From assembly GCA_001724265.1 (NCBI GenBank), contig MEDY01000231.1, positions 1 to 50,138 of the forward strand: a stretch of 50,138 nucleotides of DNA, in the 5' to 3' direction. The position numbers and the translations under genes are program-made. The notes beneath the pieces were generated by a model, which searched no databases, was not told the DNA's origin, and worked only from the letters and a program-made list of their open reading frames with translations. This document shows, one piece after another, positions 47,433-50,138 of this stretch. How positions within the stretch are numbered: position 1 is the stretch's first letter; every line of letters starts with the position of its first letter. Source of the DNA: Rhizaria sp. SCN 62-66. Its lineage: Eukaryota.

Positions 47433-49890
47433 TCAGTCCCACTTCGTGCTGCGCTCCTTGTCAGCGTAATGCTTGGCCCAGTAGGCCTCCCAGAAGCGCG
47501 CGCGGTACGGCGCCGCGGCCGTGGGCGCCGCCGCCGAGGGCGGGTGGAACCAGTAGTTGACCGCCATGTGGCCCGGGCCGGCCGGACTGGCGGCGGCCTC
47601 GCTCTCGGAAGCACTCGCCGCCGCAGGCACAGGTGCAGGCGCGGTCACAGTCTCGGCCGCGCTGTTCGGGTTGCCGCCGGCGCCAGAGCCAGCGCTAGCG
47701 CTGGGGGAGCAAGAGGTGACTTCGTGAAACCAGCCGGCGGGGAGGTACAGCGCCTCACCGGGGGTCATGTACACCACACCTAGAGCGTCGTCAAGTCGTG
47801 GAGAGGCGGACATGAACGCACAGATTGGAGAGAAAACGATAAGAGAAGAACATCAAGAAAACAAGAAATAAGCAGACAGTCATATCACAATATGCTGCGA
47901 TTCAGGTAGATATGCGACAATACGTCGCTTTAGGAAGCGTGTTTCGATGATATAGTGCGTACCCTTGTTGGCCTCGAGAAAGTCTGCATACTCTTCTTTC
48001 CACTCAGGCTTCATTCCGAACACGTCATCGAGCGTGATGACGTCGTCAAGTTCCTCCTCCTCCTCGTCCGCCGCCACCGCAGTGGTAGACTGGAGCTTGC
48101 GGGCGACCTCACGCACAAGCATCTTGGCCGACGTCGCAGGAGCCTGCGCCAGCAGCAGCGCGCGCGGGATGCCAGAGAAGTGCGGGAAGATGTGCGACTT
48201 CTTGGTCTCGTCGGCGCCGGCGTCGGCCTTGGCCTTGGCCGCCGCCTGCTTGGCCTTGGCCTTGGCGCTCGCGCTCGCCTTGACGGCCGCGCGCTTGCCA
48301 GTCGCAGGCCCGTCCTCCGCGTCATCGTCATCGTCATCGCCATCGTCGGCGTCGGCGTCAGCGTCGGCGTTGGCGTCGGCGTCGGCGTCGGAGGCGGGGT
48401 CGGCGCCGTCCAGTCCGTCACCGTCAGTGTCGTCGCCGGAGTCCATGTCCACGATGTCGCTACACAATCCGACGGAGTGAAGAGTTTACAGTGAAAATCA
48501 AAGTGAAAAAGATAACGAAAGCAACAGGTATTAATTAGAAATGATATTATTGCACATCTTGAACTTGATTTCAACTCGTTAAGAGAACAGTTACAGTTGA
48601 AGAATGACGTATGATTCGACGTACGCATACTCCATCTCGAGATCCATCGACAAATCAATCGCGGCCTCCATATCGCTCTCCAGGGCCTCCTTCTCCGCCC
48701 GGGCCTTCCCCGCGCCCTCGGCGTCCCCGGCGGCATCGCTCTGCGCAATCTCCGCGTCGTGCGCGGCAACGGCGAGCTCGAGGCGGCGGACCTCCTTCTT
48801 GAGAAAGCGCTTGAGGATGGGCGCGGGCACGCCCTCGGGTGTGATGGCGCGATTAGACGAGTAAACCAGCACACCCGTCGGGTGAACGCGTGACACCAGG
48901 CCTGCGAGGGGAGGAAGAACGCGCGATTACAGAAAAAACGCATCGCAAGAGAACTTCGTGAGTTTGATTGAAATGCATTTGATTACACGGAATTTTAAGA
49001 GGTACGTTAAATATAAATTGAATACAGCTATAAAGCGAATGTCGGCAAGCGTACCTCGCGTGTGCATCTTGCCCGCGTCCCTGGGCGAGAAGATCTGGAA
49101 GCGCTTCGCGCCGCGCAACAGCAGGTAGAGGTTGTCGTGGAAGTCGTGGTGCAGCCCACTCGACGCGCCGTCCTTGGCCTGGCCCAGCCACACGTTGAGC
49201 TGGTACGGCACCAGCGGGGCGAAGAGTCGCGGGCGCAGCGGGAAGTCGTCCGCGAGGCGCGTGAGCGGGGAGGCGAGCAGCGCTGGCAGGTCCGAGCCCT
49301 CGTAGTCCTCGGTCTGGCTGGTCAGGTAGTAGAACGGGCAGTTGTTCTCGACGTGCGTCAGCAAGTCCTGGAAACGCATCGGGATGCGTGGGGCCGACTC
49401 GCCAAAAAAGCTCTGTGAAAAGGGCACATATATAACGTAATATTACGAAATGGTGAGATGAGGTCAGAGAGAAAGCATCGATAGAAGATGAAGACCAAGT
49501 GAGAAAACGGACGTGAGCTGAAGCGAGCGACGACATGTACATAGGATGAGCGCAAGAGAAAAGCAATAACGCGTTGTCGCTATGTACCTTAGTAGATGTG
49601 CGTTGCTCGACCTGCACGGTGGCGCCTCCGGCAACGGTCTTGAGGTAGTCGTTGCTCCATTTGGCGAAGTTGCAGAAGTCTGGCGACTGGAGCGTGTTAA
49701 GCAGGATGCACGGCTTGCGCTGCGCCACATAGTCGTTGAAAAACGCCTAGGGGGTCGTCTGAAGCACGTCCACGCGGTCAATTGACCAGGTGGAGGACGG
49801 AATGGTGAAACCCTTGTAGGAGCGAGCCACATCGGCCTTCTTGGGCTTCTTCGTCCGCAGCGGCTGCGCTGCGCCAGCACTGCGCTTCAT
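47433..49890 (-). CDS. JmjC/cupin-8 Fe(II)/2-oxoglutarate dioxygenase, exons 49890-49588 (contains an in-frame TAG), 49412-49055, 48901-48625 (or 48631), 48459-47963, 47779-47433
   Basis: YKGF...IDRVD...TP*AFFNDYVAQRKPCIL, KWSNDYL, YYLTSQ, NVWLG, SSGLHHDFHDNLY..LRGAKRF, LYLPAGWFHEV and HMAVNYWFHPP. The HxD...H triad is intact. Four frame-preserving introns; TGA stop. Confidence 0.92.
49747..49749 (-). other. In-frame TAG codon 4 (JmjC codon 48), context IDRVDVLQTTP*AFFNDYV
   Basis: ACG ACC CCC TAG GCG TTT TTC, 47 codons downstream of ATG 49890 and inside the conserved cupin-8 N-terminal block. Confidence 0.85.
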
Positions 49891-50138
49891 GGTGCTATTG
49901 TGGCACATTAACCATTATTTGAAGGATACAAAAAGAGAAAAATATACGAATGTAAATATTAGATATGATATTACAAGTGCAGTACTATTGACGATGGATT
50001 CATAGAAAATGCGGTATTTGTCTTCGCAAGCACGCCGCTCCATCACACGGGGGTCGCGAATTGGGCCGTTTGCCTCTCCCACCCCACATGTTTGTGATGT
50101 TGAGGCACCCCCCATCCCCAATAAACATCCCTAGATTA

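Noticed and set aside
49747-49830. JmjC TAG as a 3' splice site (in-frame GTG donors 24 or 84 nt upstream)
   Set aside because: The donors GTGGAC and GTGGCT do not match the local consensus, the lengths are below the observed range, and splicing would delete conserved-looking residues.

Overview
A gene-dense window from a eukaryotic (most likely protist) nuclear genome. Exons are GC-rich with C/G-ending codons, while intergenic DNA and short GT-AG introns (about 99-248 nt, mostly GTACG donors) are AT-rich. I reconstruct 15 genes: a 6-phosphofructo-2-kinase (cut by the window edge), a secreted CDCA/beta-CA-like protein, a MAPEG protein, a Pho84-type transporter, a Trf4/TENT4 polymerase, a degenerate S28 peptidase, mitochondrial uL1, Las1, an orphan, an SLC37 exchanger, a head-to-head pair of ABCG half-transporters, COQ2, EI24 and a JmjC dioxygenase. 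The main observation is an apparent non-standard nuclear genetic code. Four in-frame TAG codons sit inside otherwise continuous reading frames (two in Trf4, one in SLC37, one in the conserved N-terminus of the JmjC protein). All 14 visible gene ends use TAA (8) or TGA (6). This suggests UAG is a sense codon (probably Gln, Glu second) while UAA remains a stop. Family assignments come from motif recognition by eye; no database search was run.
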